Below are positions 46,600-55,964 of a stretch of DNA of 64,000 nt, piece by piece. Below the pieces are notes generated by a model. The model did no database searches. It saw nothing but the letters and a program-made list of their open reading frames with translations, and was not told the origin of the DNA. The first letter of the stretch is position 1. Each line of letters begins with the position of its first letter. Source of the stretch: Bdellovibrionota bacterium FG-1 (GTDB taxonomy: Bacteria; Bdellovibrionota; UBA1018); contig JBBCAW010000002.1 of the NCBI GenBank assembly GCA_051382295.1, positions 1-64,000 of the forward strand. The letters are read 5' to 3'. The position numbers and the translations under genes are program-made.

Positions 46600-47925
46600 T
46601 CAAAGATTTAATGTGAGCAAGAATTTCCAGGTGGGCAAAATATGGATGAGCCGTGAAGGGTTCCCGGGCAGAGGGATGGTTTTTTCTTCATTCCAAGTAA
46701 TGATCCATCCTTCCATGAGGGAGAGTTCGTCCATCGCTTGCTGAAGGGCTAGAATTTCCCGTTCGCGCGTTTGGGGATCGCTCATGTCATAGCAGACTTG
46801 GATGAGTCGAGGGGTGGCTGTTGGAAGGACAAAATCTACTTCAAGCCCTTTGGTCGTTTTGTAATATCGAATGTCCTCGTGAAAACGGCGAAGCTCCATA
46901 AAAATCCAATTTTCAAGAATTCGCCCTTCTTTTCCATTAAATCGCGTGGTCAAAAGCCGAAGAAACCCGAGGTCCACAACGTAGAGTTTTACCGGATTGA
47001 CGCGCTCTTTTTGAAGTGAATCTGTGTAAATGGGGACTCGGTAAAGGTAATAAGAATCCATGACCCAGTTCTGGTATTGGGAAAGGTGCGAAACGGAGAT
47101 CGGCAGTCCAAGTGCTTTGAGTTGTTTTTGGGTTTTGTTGATCGTCGAGAGTGTTGCGGCCTGGTGGGTCCAGGTTTTGAGCACCAGCTCGATGGTCTGG
47201 GGCTGTGTGAGGGCATATCTTTCGATGAGATCACGCGATAACAAAGTTCGATAGTATTCGGTTAAAATTTTGCGGGCGATCAGAACTGAGACGTGAGTGA
47301 CCTCGGGAAAGCCTCCGCGTTGAAAATAGTCTTGGCAGAGCGATTGAATTTTGCGGCGAAGAGTGGGGGTTTCGGGTAATTGCGGTGCGGTTCCAAAGGC
47401 CAACGCGTATTCCCGAAAGGAAAAAGGAAAGAGCTCGTAACTTAATGTGCGCCCTCGGAGTTCGGTGGCGATGTCGCGAGATAAGGCGTGGGAGGAGGAA
47501 CCGGTGAGCCAGATTTCGTAGTGTCGATTGCGGTTGAGACGCTCCACGAAGAAGGACCAGTGAGGCGCTAGCTGAATTTCGTCAAAAAACCAGTAGACTC
47601 GATCGTGTTTTCCGGTCAAGGGCCAGGCTCGTAGGTAAGTATCTTCGATCTGCGTTAAAAGGCGGTCTGGCATAGGATGCCATCGTTCGTCCGCAAGTCG
47701 AACGCTGACGATCCGGTGTTTGGGTATTCCCTTCTGAATGAGTTCTTTTTTAATTTGGTCCATTCGAAAGGACTTGCCGCACCTTCGAATTCCAGTGACG
47801 ACACCGACCTTGCCAGGAACCTGTTCGAGGACCAGTTCTCGCGAAATACCCGTTTCAAGGTGTTCAAGTTCATCTTGTTCTTCTTGAATGATTTCGAGGA
47901 TATTTTCAAAAAGATCGATTTCCAT
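46600..47925 (-). CDS. AAA+ ATPase, AAA_14/DUF4143 family
   Basis: GIRRCGKS, FFDEIQ, TGSS, LRGR, GGFPE, LENWI, EVDFV, IQVC. Confidence 0.92.
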   Translation of the reverse strand: MEIDLFENILEIIQEEQDELEHLETGISRELVLEQVPGKVGVVTGIRRCGKSFRMDQIKKELIQKGIPKHRIVSVRLADERWHPMPDRLLTQIEDTYLRAWPLTGKHDRVYWFFDEIQLAPHWSFFVERLNRNRHYEIWLTGSSSHALSRDIATELRGRTLSYELFPFSFREYALAFGTAPQLPETPTLRRKIQSLCQDYFQRGGFPEVTHVSVLIARKILTEYYRTLLSRDLIERYALTQPQTIELVLKTWTHQAATLSTINKTQKQLKALGLPISVSHLSQYQNWVMDSYYLYRVPIYTDSLQKERVNPVKLYVVDLGFLRLLTTRFNGKEGRILENWIFMELRRFHEDIRYYKTTKGLEVDFVLPTATPRLIQVCYDMSDPQTREREILALQQAMDELSLMEGWIITWNEEKTIPLPGNPSRLIHILPTWKFLLTLNL

Positions 47926-48086
47926 CTTGGTTTTAACTATACAGAAAGTGTTCGCTTATGGCAAATACTTTTGGCATAAAGTGTTCTGTGAATGTGAGTA
48001 CTTTGATATTTCATGAACAAAGCGCAGTGCATTATTCGCGATCTCCTCTTGCCTGTTTTATAGACCGAGGGGTATGGGTAGGGGAT

Positions 48087-49061
48087 ATGGCGATCGCAAA
48101 AACGTTGGATACGGTGCTTCTTTTGGCTCTCCCTGCTTCAGGCAAATCCGAGGTTCGTAAATACCTCGCAAATCTCACCTCTGATCAATGTGGAAACGAT
48201 TTTCACATGGGCCCGACGGCCCAGTTGGATGATTTTCCTTACGTGCATCTCATGCACTGCTTGGACGAGGCGTTGGTCGCTCGCGGAAAATCGCGGGTTT
48301 ATTTTCTCGCTCCCGATCGTCCTTTTCAGGACCCTCGCCACTGGGGAACCTTGATTGAGTTATTGAACGAAGACTATGCTGACCTGCATGCACAAAAGCA
48401 GTTTCATCCCAAATCGGCGGCCATTCATTATATGGATCGCTTTGATCGGGCCGCAAAAGTCGTAGGAGCAAGCCAAATAGGGGCCTTAGATGACGAGACC
48501 CGTTTTGCGGTTGCAGATCGCGTCGAAAAGGAAGCTCGGGCTCTTTTAGAGGAGCAAAATGAATCGTATGCGCAAGATTTGAAGGGCAAGACCGTCGTGA
48601 TCGAATTCGCCCGCGGTGGGGCCCACGGTTCTTCGTTGCCGCTCGCGGAACCTTTTGGTTACCGTTACTCTTTGGGACGTCTTTCGTCCGAGATCTTGAG
48701 CCGCTCGAGCATTTTGTATATTTGGGTTACGCCCGAAGAATCCCGGCGCAAGAATCAAGCCCGCACGAATCCCAACGACCCAGGATCCATCTTGCATCAT
48801 GGCGTGCCGATGGAAGTGATGATGAACGAATACGGAATCGACGATATGCAGTGGTTAGAAGAACATTCGAGCAAGCCCGGAACTGTGACGGTCACGCGGG
48901 ACGGTAAGATGTTCATGTTGCCGATTGCGCGCTTTGATAATCGCGTGGATAAAACCAGTTTCATTCGCGAAGACAAGGCTAAGTGGAACCCCGAGCATGT
49001 GAACGCGGTTCATGAAGGTCTTAAAGGCGCGCTGACTCGGCTTCAGGCTGAGCGGGGTTAA
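48087..49061 (+). CDS. Hypothetical P-loop (kinase-like) protein
   Basis: Walker-A-like LLLALPASGKS; VVIEFARG. Confidence 0.75.
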   Translation: MAIAKTLDTVLLLALPASGKSEVRKYLANLTSDQCGNDFHMGPTAQLDDFPYVHLMHCLDEALVARGKSRVYFLAPDRPFQDPRHWGTLIELLNEDYADLHAQKQFHPKSAAIHYMDRFDRAAKVVGASQIGALDDETRFAVADRVEKEARALLEEQNESYAQDLKGKTVVIEFARGGAHGSSLPLAEPFGYRYSLGRLSSEILSRSSILYIWVTPEESRRKNQARTNPNDPGSILHHGVPMEVMMNEYGIDDMQWLEEHSSKPGTVTVTRDGKMFMLPIARFDNRVDKTSFIREDKAKWNPEHVNAVHEGLKGALTRLQAERG

Positions 49062-49064
49062 TGG

Positions 49065-49469
49065 GTGACTTCGGACACGCGTTCAAAACAGCGGTTTAGT
49101 AATTTTTTGAAGGCCCTCGTTCTTTATCAGGAGGCCGCAGGTTCGGCGCTTTCGAAGCTTGAGCTAGAAGGCTTGACTCAGCGTTTTGAGTACACGTTTG
49201 AGTAGGCCTGGCAAACGCTTCAAGATCTTCTTACTGAACGAGGGTATGCCGAAATCCGAGGTCCGAGGCCGGTCATTGAACAGGCTTTTCAGGATGGGAT
49301 CATTTCGGATGGGCCGGTGTGGCTTCAAATGCTCAAATCTCGAAATGAGATGTCGCACTTGTACGATGAGGCTACCTTTGAGACAGTGTCGCAGGCGGTG
49401 ACAGGTCCCTATCTTTTGGCACTTCAAAATTTCAAAGCCGCTTTTACCAAGTTAAATTCATCGGGGTGA
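49065..49469 (+). pseudogene. HEPN toxin (HI0074-like) with a single in-frame amber stop
   Basis: QRFEYTFE-TAG(49203)-AW...RNEMSH.YDE; missed by the ORF track. Confidence 0.85.
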
Positions 49470-49479
49470 AGGGATCTTG

Positions 49480-49806
49480 ATGAAAACGCTCACTGCTATT
49501 CCCGGCATTTCGTCCCTTTATAGCAAGCAAATTTTGGGGCTTTTTTCTGCACTTCCTCAAGGCACCTCGGTGATTCTTTTTGGCTCCCGCGCAAAAGGAA
49601 ATTATAGGGAGGGCTCTGACGTTGATCTGGCTCTTCGTGGCGCCGAAGTCAGCTTTGAGGATCGCGATCGCCTTTTGCAGGAGTATGAAAATTTGAACCT
49701 TCCCTGGAAGTTGGATGTGGTGCTTTACGATCGACTGGAAAATCTCGAGCTCAAAGAGCACATCGATCGAGTGGGGTGCTTGCTGGCTTCGCGAGACAGC
49801 TCCTGA
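49480..49806 (+). CDS. MNT nucleotidyltransferase antitoxin
   Basis: ILFGSRAKGNYREGSDVDLAL, LPWKLDV. Confidence 0.9.
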   Translation: MKTLTAIPGISSLYSKQILGLFSALPQGTSVILFGSRAKGNYREGSDVDLALRGAEVSFEDRDRLLQEYENLNLPWKLDVVLYDRLENLELKEHIDRVGCLLASRDSS

Positions 49807-50632
49807 GTTGTTCCAGATCAGAGGGTGAGATCGGCGACTTGGGCTGGTTCGCCCCCGTGATCGGTGCGGCATTGCTTGACTGGCGGACGGTAGTTTCAAG
49901 CCACTCCTGATCCAGCGGATGATTCAGGAGTTCTCGCTGATTCGTTGCCACGGTCGTTTCATCTTTTGTGCCGACGCTGCAGCCACGTCCCACAAAAAAG
50001 CCGGCTAAGAGTAAGGTGACCCGCACCGCAGTGGATCGAGTGTAGTTGGTCATCATACAGGGCGTTTCTGGTCTCAGGCGATGCCGAAGATTCTTGAAAT
50101 GTTCGAGCATCCACATTTCTGGATTATAGGTCGGTGAATAGGGGTCATAGAAAATCGCGTGGGGTGCGGGCAAGTCGCGCTCTCGCCGGACCACCTCGTC
50201 GAATTCACCGAGATGAAGTTGCCAGCGAATTCGCGGTCCGGCATTGACGGCACAATCTGAAAGCAGCTGGATGATTTTTTGGCGATGGGGCTCGAGGTAA
50301 CCCAGTTCGCGGGCATGGTTTAGCGCGAAATCGAGAGGGGCGGTGGTTTTGTCAAAGCTATGAATTTCAATATCAGCAACCGCGTTTTGGAGGGCCTCGA
50401 TGGCCGTAAGAACGTTAGCAGCTGCTCCTAGCCCGACATCCCAGATCACAAACTTGCCGGGGGTTGAGCAGCGCTCGACGAGTCGCTGTTGCTCAACGTG
50501 CAATATTTTAGCTTCAAGGCGGGGGCCGGTCCCTGGGTGAAATATTTCGCGATTGGCTTTGGCCCGCAGGCTGATGACTCCCGATTTGAGAGTCACTAGT
50601 TCAAATTCGCTGTTTTGCGTGTCTTTTGTCAC
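49751..50632 (-). CDS. MnmC-like SAM-dependent methyltransferase
   Basis: EIFHP..GP..EA, WDVGLGAAAN, IFYDPYSP..NPEMW. Confidence 0.82.
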   Translation of the reverse strand: MTKDTQNSEFELVTLKSGVISLRAKANREIFHPGTGPRLEAKILHVEQQRLVERCSTPGKFVIWDVGLGAAANVLTAIEALQNAVADIEIHSFDKTTAPLDFALNHARELGYLEPHRQKIIQLLSDCAVNAGPRIRWQLHLGEFDEVVRRERDLPAPHAIFYDPYSPTYNPEMWMLEHFKNLRHRLRPETPCMMTNYTRSTAVRVTLLLAGFFVGRGCSVGTKDETTVATNQRELLNHPLDQEWLETTVRQSSNAAPITGANQPKSPISPSDLEQLRSCLAKPASTPLDRCAL

Positions 50633-50737
50633 TGAACTCCCTCATTCTTTCTTGGATAGCGTGCATGATGAATTGCATGATCCTCTCAAGAATGGCGAGC
50701 GATTAATTTATTTCAGGTGACGGGGCCGTTTACTGTT

Positions 50738-51019
50738 TTAGCGAGATTGCTCGATTACCCTGGCCTTGATGGTGGTAGGGCCCGTGCGTTCGGTTTCGAC
50801 TTTGGCGTAGGCCGTGCCAAAGGTGTTGGATCCTTCGATCAAAAACGTGTAGCAATCAAAGCATCGGCCTTGTTCGATTTGTTTGACTTCGGTGATTTGA
50901 GAAAGGTTCGTGGCGGCTTTGACCGCTGCTACAACCGCTGCAGGTGAAGCGGCCATGGCGGTAGCAGAAGTCATCGACAAAACAGTGGTTAGTAGAGCGA
51001 GGGTAAGAGTGGTTTTCAT
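50738..51019 (-). CDS. Small secreted protein
   Basis: Signal peptide; CFDC; AGGA RBS. Confidence 0.75.
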   Translation of the reverse strand: MKTTLTLALLTTVLSMTSATAMAASPAAVVAAVKAATNLSQITEVKQIEQGRCFDCYTFLIEGSNTFGTAYAKVETERTGPTTIKARVIEQSR

Positions 51020-51158
51020 AAAGTATCCTGAGTTAAAAATTAAAGAACAGTCGGCGTGCTTGTACTGAAAAATAACTCAATGCGCAACTTAGTTTAGAAG
51101 AAAGTGTTAACAGTTGTTTACAGCGGGTTAGCGCTGCGCTCGCGAGCGTCCCGGGTCA

Positions 51159-51191
51159 GTGCCTCGAACTGCCTCCGCGCGGCAGTAAACC
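51159..51191 (-). repeat. 33-bp dispersed REP-like repeat, copy 2
   Basis: 31/33 identical to 13692-13724. Confidence 0.85.
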
Positions 51192-51211
51192 CCGTTGGGT
51201 GGCACCCTATC

Positions 51212-51272
51212 AATAACAAACTCCCACTTTCTTGGCATCACAGCGTGATGGAGAAAGTGGGAGCCCGTTATT
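51212..51272 (-). terminator. Long RNA hairpin / terminator candidate
   Basis: AATAACGGGCTCCCACTTTCT pairs with AGAAAGTGGGAGTTTGTTATT; G-U pairs complete the stem only on the minus strand. Confidence 0.6.
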
Positions 51273-51296
51273 TGGATCGACTGAACTCAGCCGCTC

Positions 51297-53294
51297 TTAC
51301 GCAACATCCATGTGTGGACCATGGCCTGGCATTCCAGGGCGTGGGCCCATAGGAGGTTGTGGCCTAGGAGCCGGTGGGTTGTACACCGGAGGTTGCGGCC
51401 TCGGAGCGGGTGGGTTGTACACCGGAGGTTGTGGCCTCGGAGCGGGTGGGTTGTACACCGGAGGTTGTGGCCTCGGAGCGGGTGGGTTGTACACCGGAGG
51501 TTGTGGCCTTGGAGCGGGTGGGTTGTACACCGGAGGTTGCGGCCTAGGAGCTGGTGGGTTGTACACCGGAGGTTGCGGCCTCGGAGCGGGTGGGTTGTAC
51601 ACCGGAGGTTGTGGCCTCGGAGCGGGTGGGTTCACCACTGGAGGTTGCGGCCTAGGAGCCGGTGGGTTGTACACCGGAGGTTGTGGCCTTGGAGCCGGTG
51701 GGTTGATCACCGGAGGTTGCGGCCTTGGGCCTGGAACACCAGGTTGGTGAGGAGGCAGTACAACCGGTTGTCCAGGGGTTCCTGCGATAGGCCGATAGAC
51801 TGGGTTATTGGGGTTAGCAACAACGGGGCGCTGCGTGCGCGGTGGCAGAGGTTGATACGTGCCACGCTTCGGATCATAGATTTGCGGAGGAAGCGCTATA
51901 CCCCGACCATCATTTGTGGGAGGGGTGAAGTTTGGTCGTCCACCCGGAATGGTTCCTCCCGATGTGGGGCGAAAAACGGAGCCTACCGGAAAGGCACGAC
52001 CCGAGTTTCCGCCGACAGCATAAGGAAGTCTTGAGAAAGACTCCGGCGCTGGATAAACCCGGACTGGGAAGCGAAGTTCGTGTCCGCCACCGAAAGAACG
52101 AGAGCCCATCGAAGTTGTTGGGTACGCGCCGCAATGGCCATCGACCCAACCGCGGGAGCCGTGCATATCGCTGGCACCGCCGGGATACGCGCCGTATTGG
52201 TTGCGGCCGTAGCCGTTTCTCCAGGCGTTCGTTGCTCTTTCGGCTGCTTCACGTTGTTCGTAAATATTTCGTGCGCCGAAGGCGCCATACCGGACTACGG
52301 TAAAGCCAGGGTAGAAGCCCGCACCGCCATAGTAGCGGCCGGCTTGATAGCCCGCCCAATAACCATCGTTGAAGCCAGCGTCGTAGCCATGGGCATAGCC
52401 TGCGCGGTAGCCGTCGTAGTAGGGGTACCAGCCAATGTAACCACCTTCATCGTGAAACCAAGTGACGCAATGAGGACGATAGCGGAAGTCTTCGAATGCG
52501 CGCCAAATCCAGCCGTAAATCGAGTGATGGCGCCAGATGCCGTAGTGGTCAGTCATCCAACCCCAAGGATCGTTCGATACCCAGGTCCAACCATCGTCGG
52601 TCCAGGCCCAATAGCCGTTTTGGTAAGGCACCCAGTCGGGTTGATACGAGTAGGGTACAAAGTAGCGGATGCCGTTAACAAAAACCCAGCGTCCTTGTCC
52701 GGCTAACGCCGCGTTGGGATCCAGATATCCGCCCTGGTTTTGATATTGGTCGGGTTCGGTGACCACTTCAGTGGGGGGCTGATAATTGCCGCCGCTTTCC
52801 ACGTAAGAGGCATTTCGAAGGATGATGGTATCTGCTACGGCGTTTGAATCCGAATGGGACCTGACCGTGAGGGTGGTCGAAGCGCCTAGGGTATAAGGAA
52901 CATAAAAAGATACACCGTAGTTGTTGACTTCAAAATTCGAAGTGCTCAAACAACTTTGGTTTTGATTTTGAGAGGCATCACATTCGTCTACCCCGCCCTG
53001 TGGGGCAGCGTCATCGGCATACCAGGTAAAATCTTCGACAAAGCGATTTTGTGGGGTGTAAGTGCCGCTGTAGTTATCCGTAAAAAGGTCAGCTGAAAGC
53101 GTGACTACATCTCCCGGACGAACATCTATGACAGATTCGTGGTTGGAGTCATAGGTGCCGTTGACAGACGTGATTCGCACCATATCCGCAAAAGCAGCGG
53201 AAGTACTGAGTGCGGTTGAAAGGAATAAAGCGCTGAGCGGGAGCCATCCTCGCCAGCGTCGGTTTCGATTCGGTATACAGGGTAACATGTGCAT
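51297..53294 (-). CDS. Secreted DUF6600-like Trp/Gly-rich protein with Pro-rich repeat tail
   Basis: WVPYQNGYWAWTDDGWTWVSNDPWGWMTDHYGIW; signal peptide ending AFA. Confidence 0.8.
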   Translation of the reverse strand: MHMLPCIPNRNRRWRGWLPLSALFLSTALSTSAAFADMVRITSVNGTYDSNHESVIDVRPGDVVTLSADLFTDNYSGTYTPQNRFVEDFTWYADDAAPQGGVDECDASQNQNQSCLSTSNFEVNNYGVSFYVPYTLGASTTLTVRSHSDSNAVADTIILRNASYVESGGNYQPPTEVVTEPDQYQNQGGYLDPNAALAGQGRWVFVNGIRYFVPYSYQPDWVPYQNGYWAWTDDGWTWVSNDPWGWMTDHYGIWRHHSIYGWIWRAFEDFRYRPHCVTWFHDEGGYIGWYPYYDGYRAGYAHGYDAGFNDGYWAGYQAGRYYGGAGFYPGFTVVRYGAFGARNIYEQREAAERATNAWRNGYGRNQYGAYPGGASDMHGSRGWVDGHCGAYPTTSMGSRSFGGGHELRFPVRVYPAPESFSRLPYAVGGNSGRAFPVGSVFRPTSGGTIPGGRPNFTPPTNDGRGIALPPQIYDPKRGTYQPLPPRTQRPVVANPNNPVYRPIAGTPGQPVVLPPHQPGVPGPRPQPPVINPPAPRPQPPVYNPPAPRPQPPVVNPPAPRPQPPVYNPPAPRPQPPVYNPPAPRPQPPVYNPPAPRPQPPVYNPPAPRPQPPVYNPPAPRPQPPVYNPPAPRPQPPVYNPPAPRPQPPMGPRPGMPGHGPHMDVA
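51352..51726 (-). repeat. 36-bp coding tandem repeat, 10 full units plus a partial (PQPPVYNPPAPR)
   Basis: Direct reading of the sequence; variation mostly at synonymous positions. Confidence 0.95.
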
Positions 53295-53370
53295 CTCCCG
53301 GGTTTATCCCAAGACAAAGGTTAAGCCGTGAGTTGAACGAACATCTGTTTCTCACAGCAAGTCGCCGTTG

Positions 53371-53386
53371 TGCATGAAGCGAGCCA
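53371..53386 (-). promoter_or_regulatory. Sigma54-like promoter
   Basis: Minus strand TGGCTCGCTTCATGCA (GG-N10-GC). Confidence 0.55.
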
Positions 53387-53577
53387 CAAGAAAATTAAGA
53401 AATGATACATCGAGTCAACTCAGGGATTGATGACATAATCCTTTGAATTTAAATTAAAAAATGAATTTAGAAGCTGACGCTAAAAAAAGAAGACAAAATA
53501 AGTATGAAATAATTATTTGGATACCAAAGGTCCAAAGTGACCCCGGCAGGGGGTGCAAAAGGGATCTGTCCCCGTTT

Positions 53578-54462
53578 TTAGGGTATCGGCTGTGCCGCCA
53601 CTTCTTGCATCATCCCGATCGCAAGAGGGACATCCGATCCGTCTGGATCATAGGTGGGAGGCCAGGTTTCGCTTGCCTCCGGATGGACTCCGCTAATGAA
53701 GACCTCACCTTTACCATAGTGACCGCGCACCGCTGTGATCCAGCCGTTGGGGTAGGTTCCGACGACTTCGACAGTCTTGTCAGCGAGTACGATGTAAGGG
53801 CCATGTTCAAAGTGGATGTAATGGGTGGTGCCGAGCCAGTTGATGGCCACTTTTTCAGTCGGATGATTCCAGTTGTAAGCACTTCCTTTGATTAAACCTA
53901 AGTTATTTACCGCTGAAAAGGCGCCCCCACAAAATCCAACGTATCCGCCGCCTCGGTTGACAAAATCGCGGACCTGGTCCGCCATCCCATTCCGGTTCAT
54001 AAAGGCATCCGCATAAAGGTTCGGGCCGCCCGGTTGAATCCAGATACTTGCGCTATTGAGTACGGCTAGCTCGACCGGTTGGGTCACCTCGATCACTCTA
54101 AAACCTGCGGCCTGTGCGACCAGTTCGGCGCGGATCAACGTATCGTCCTCCCCCGTAAGTACCCCGGGGCCGCCATAAACCAAGGCAATCGGCGGTAAGG
54201 AAGGAGAAGCTGAAGGCGTCGGAATAGGTGTCGGCGACGCTGTTGCGGCCGGGGTCGGGGTGGCGCTGGGAGTCGAGGTCGGCGTTTGAGTCGGTGTCGG
54301 TGTCGGTGTCGGTGTAAACGTCGGAGGCGCCGGTAGGTTGGTACCATTCGAAGGGCCCGGCTCGATCGGAATATCGCCGAGCGGCCCAGCGGGAAGATTA
54401 CAACCACCTAAAACCGGAATTAAAACGAGGAGCCGAATCCAATTTCGTGCGAGTCTTTTCAT
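53578..54462 (-). CDS. Lipoprotein with PT linker and BPL_N / class I GATase-like domain
   Basis: Lipobox LGGC; QPGG, GGGYVGFCGGAF, SGVHPE. Confidence 0.8.
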   Translation of the reverse strand: MKRLARNWIRLLVLIPVLGGCNLPAGPLGDIPIEPGPSNGTNLPAPPTFTPTPTPTPTQTPTSTPSATPTPAATASPTPIPTPSASPSLPPIALVYGGPGVLTGEDDTLIRAELVAQAAGFRVIEVTQPVELAVLNSASIWIQPGGPNLYADAFMNRNGMADQVRDFVNRGGGYVGFCGGAFSAVNNLGLIKGSAYNWNHPTEKVAINWLGTTHYIHFEHGPYIVLADKTVEVVGTYPNGWITAVRGHYGKGEVFISGVHPEASETWPPTYDPDGSDVPLAIGMMQEVAAQPIP

Positions 54463-54515
54463 CCGTAGTAGCCTCCCAGCTGAATCGTGCGACTTATTAT
54501 CTAGTGATGATAGAT

Positions 54516-54531
54516 CGCAAAAAGCGAGCCA
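54516..54531 (-). promoter_or_regulatory. Sigma54-like promoter
   Basis: Minus strand TGGCTCGCTTTTTGCG (GG-N10-GC). Confidence 0.6.
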
Positions 54532-54664
54532 CTGATTTCATGGCAAAAGGAGGCTGAAATGCACTAATTTAGGTACACTTAAGGGAAGCAAGCGGCCAAA
54601 AATACCGATGCACTCGGCAAAAGATGCCGAAGGTGTGAGGTTTGTGGGTCAGAAAGGCGTGAGT

Positions 54665-55963
54665 TTACTCAAACGAAACTAAATGGTAGTTCTTCTTGCC
54701 CTTGCGCAAAACGAGGTGATTACCAGCTAAGAGATCATCGAGGCCGACCAAGGTGTTGGAGTCCGAGACGCGCTCGTTATTGACGTACACACCTCCCGCC
54801 GTCACATCCTTGCGCGCCTGACCTTTTGAGGGGCAAAGCTGGGTATCCACAAGTAAGTCAATGAGTGGCATCCCTGTATTTAACAGGTCTTTTGATTTTT
54901 TGGTCGAAGGCGCTCCCGCAAGGACGTCGAGTAAAGTCGCTTCGTCCAATTCCCAGATTCCCGTTCCAAAGAGGGCTTGAGTTGCTTTTTCCGCCCGCGC
55001 GAGTTCTTCGGCGCCATGAACAAGGCGAGTCACTTCTTGAGCGAGGGTGGTTTGCGCGAGGCGTTTTGCGGGTTCCGTTTTCAAGGAGTGCTCGATTTCC
55101 GCTAAACGCTCTAACGACAAAAAGGTAAAGAACTTGAGAAATTCCATCACATCCGCATCACTGGCCTGCACAAAAAACTGGTAAAAGCGATAGGGTGAGG
55201 TTTTCTTGGCGTCGAGCCAAACTGTGCCCGATTCCGTTTTTCCAAATTTGGTGCCATCGGCCTTCGAAACCAGCGGATGAGTCAAGCCGAAGGTTTCGGT
55301 GTCTTGCAGGGGTTCTTCACTCGCTGCCCGCATTCGCCGGATCAGCTCAATGCCGGCGGTGATGTTGCCCCATTGATCCGAACCGCCAATTTGAAGTTTG
55401 CAGCCTTGATTCTTCTGAAGAAAATAAAAATCATAGGCTTGCAAAAGCATGTAAGAAAACTCGGTGTAAGAAATTCCGTGTTCTCGGTCTTCCAGTCTGG
55501 CGCGCACCGATTCCTTGGCCATCATATGATTGACCGTAAAATGTTTGCCGATGTCTCTTAAAAATTCGATGAATGAAAAACCCTTGAACCATTCCCCATT
55601 ATTGACCACCACGGCGGCGTTGGGGCCTTTAAAATCCAAGAAGCGCTCGATGGTCGAGCGAATGCCGGCAAGATTGTGCGCGATTTGGGCGTCGTTCAAC
55701 AGATTGCGCTCTTGCGATTTACCACTGGGGTCACCAATCATCCCTGTCGCCCCACCCACGACGGCGATCGGGCGATGGCCCGCGAGCTGAAATCTTCGCA
55801 ACGTCAAGAGCGGCAGCAGGCTTCCGACGTGAAGAGAATCCGAGGTCGGGTCAAACCCACAATAGAGGGAGAGTGGCTTGCTTTCTAAAATGGAGCCGAG
55901 TTCGGGAGAGGTGACTTGTTTGACAATGCCTCGGGCTTCGAGGTCTTCAAAAAGAGTAGGCAT
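54665..55963 (-). CDS. tyrS: Tyrosine-tRNA ligase
   Basis: YCGFDPTSDSLHVG, QIGGSDQWGNI, KFGKT, S4 domain. Confidence 0.99.
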   Translation of the reverse strand: MPTLFEDLEARGIVKQVTSPELGSILESKPLSLYCGFDPTSDSLHVGSLLPLLTLRRFQLAGHRPIAVVGGATGMIGDPSGKSQERNLLNDAQIAHNLAGIRSTIERFLDFKGPNAAVVVNNGEWFKGFSFIEFLRDIGKHFTVNHMMAKESVRARLEDREHGISYTEFSYMLLQAYDFYFLQKNQGCKLQIGGSDQWGNITAGIELIRRMRAASEEPLQDTETFGLTHPLVSKADGTKFGKTESGTVWLDAKKTSPYRFYQFFVQASDADVMEFLKFFTFLSLERLAEIEHSLKTEPAKRLAQTTLAQEVTRLVHGAEELARAEKATQALFGTGIWELDEATLLDVLAGAPSTKKSKDLLNTGMPLIDLLVDTQLCPSKGQARKDVTAGGVYVNNERVSDSNTLVGLDDLLAGNHLVLRKGKKNYHLVSFE

Positions 55964-55964
55964 G

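Noticed and set aside
49203..49205. Genome-wide amber recoding or pyrrolysine
   Set aside because: TAG ends other genes normally (e.g. 8383 and 20215), and a single TTG-to-TAG change explains it
40500..49900. Prophage or IS element
   Set aside because: No integrase, transposase, structural genes or terminal repeats recognised
51212..51272. Integron attC site (AAC...GTT ends)
   Set aside because: Single copy, poor RYYYAAC/GTTRRRY match, no integrase; G-U pairing favours an RNA hairpin
51352..51726. 36-bp periodic repeat as a CRISPR array
   Set aside because: No unique spacers, it is an in-frame coding repeat, and there are no cas genes
51232..52034. Plus-strand ORFs with GGCGLGAGGLYT or Trp/Arg repeats
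   Set aside because: Antisense shadows of the Pro-rich repeat; variation is synonymous in the minus frame
53557..53578. GGGATCTGTCCCC REP-like palindrome
   Set aside because: Only one short copy seen; it may simply be a terminator
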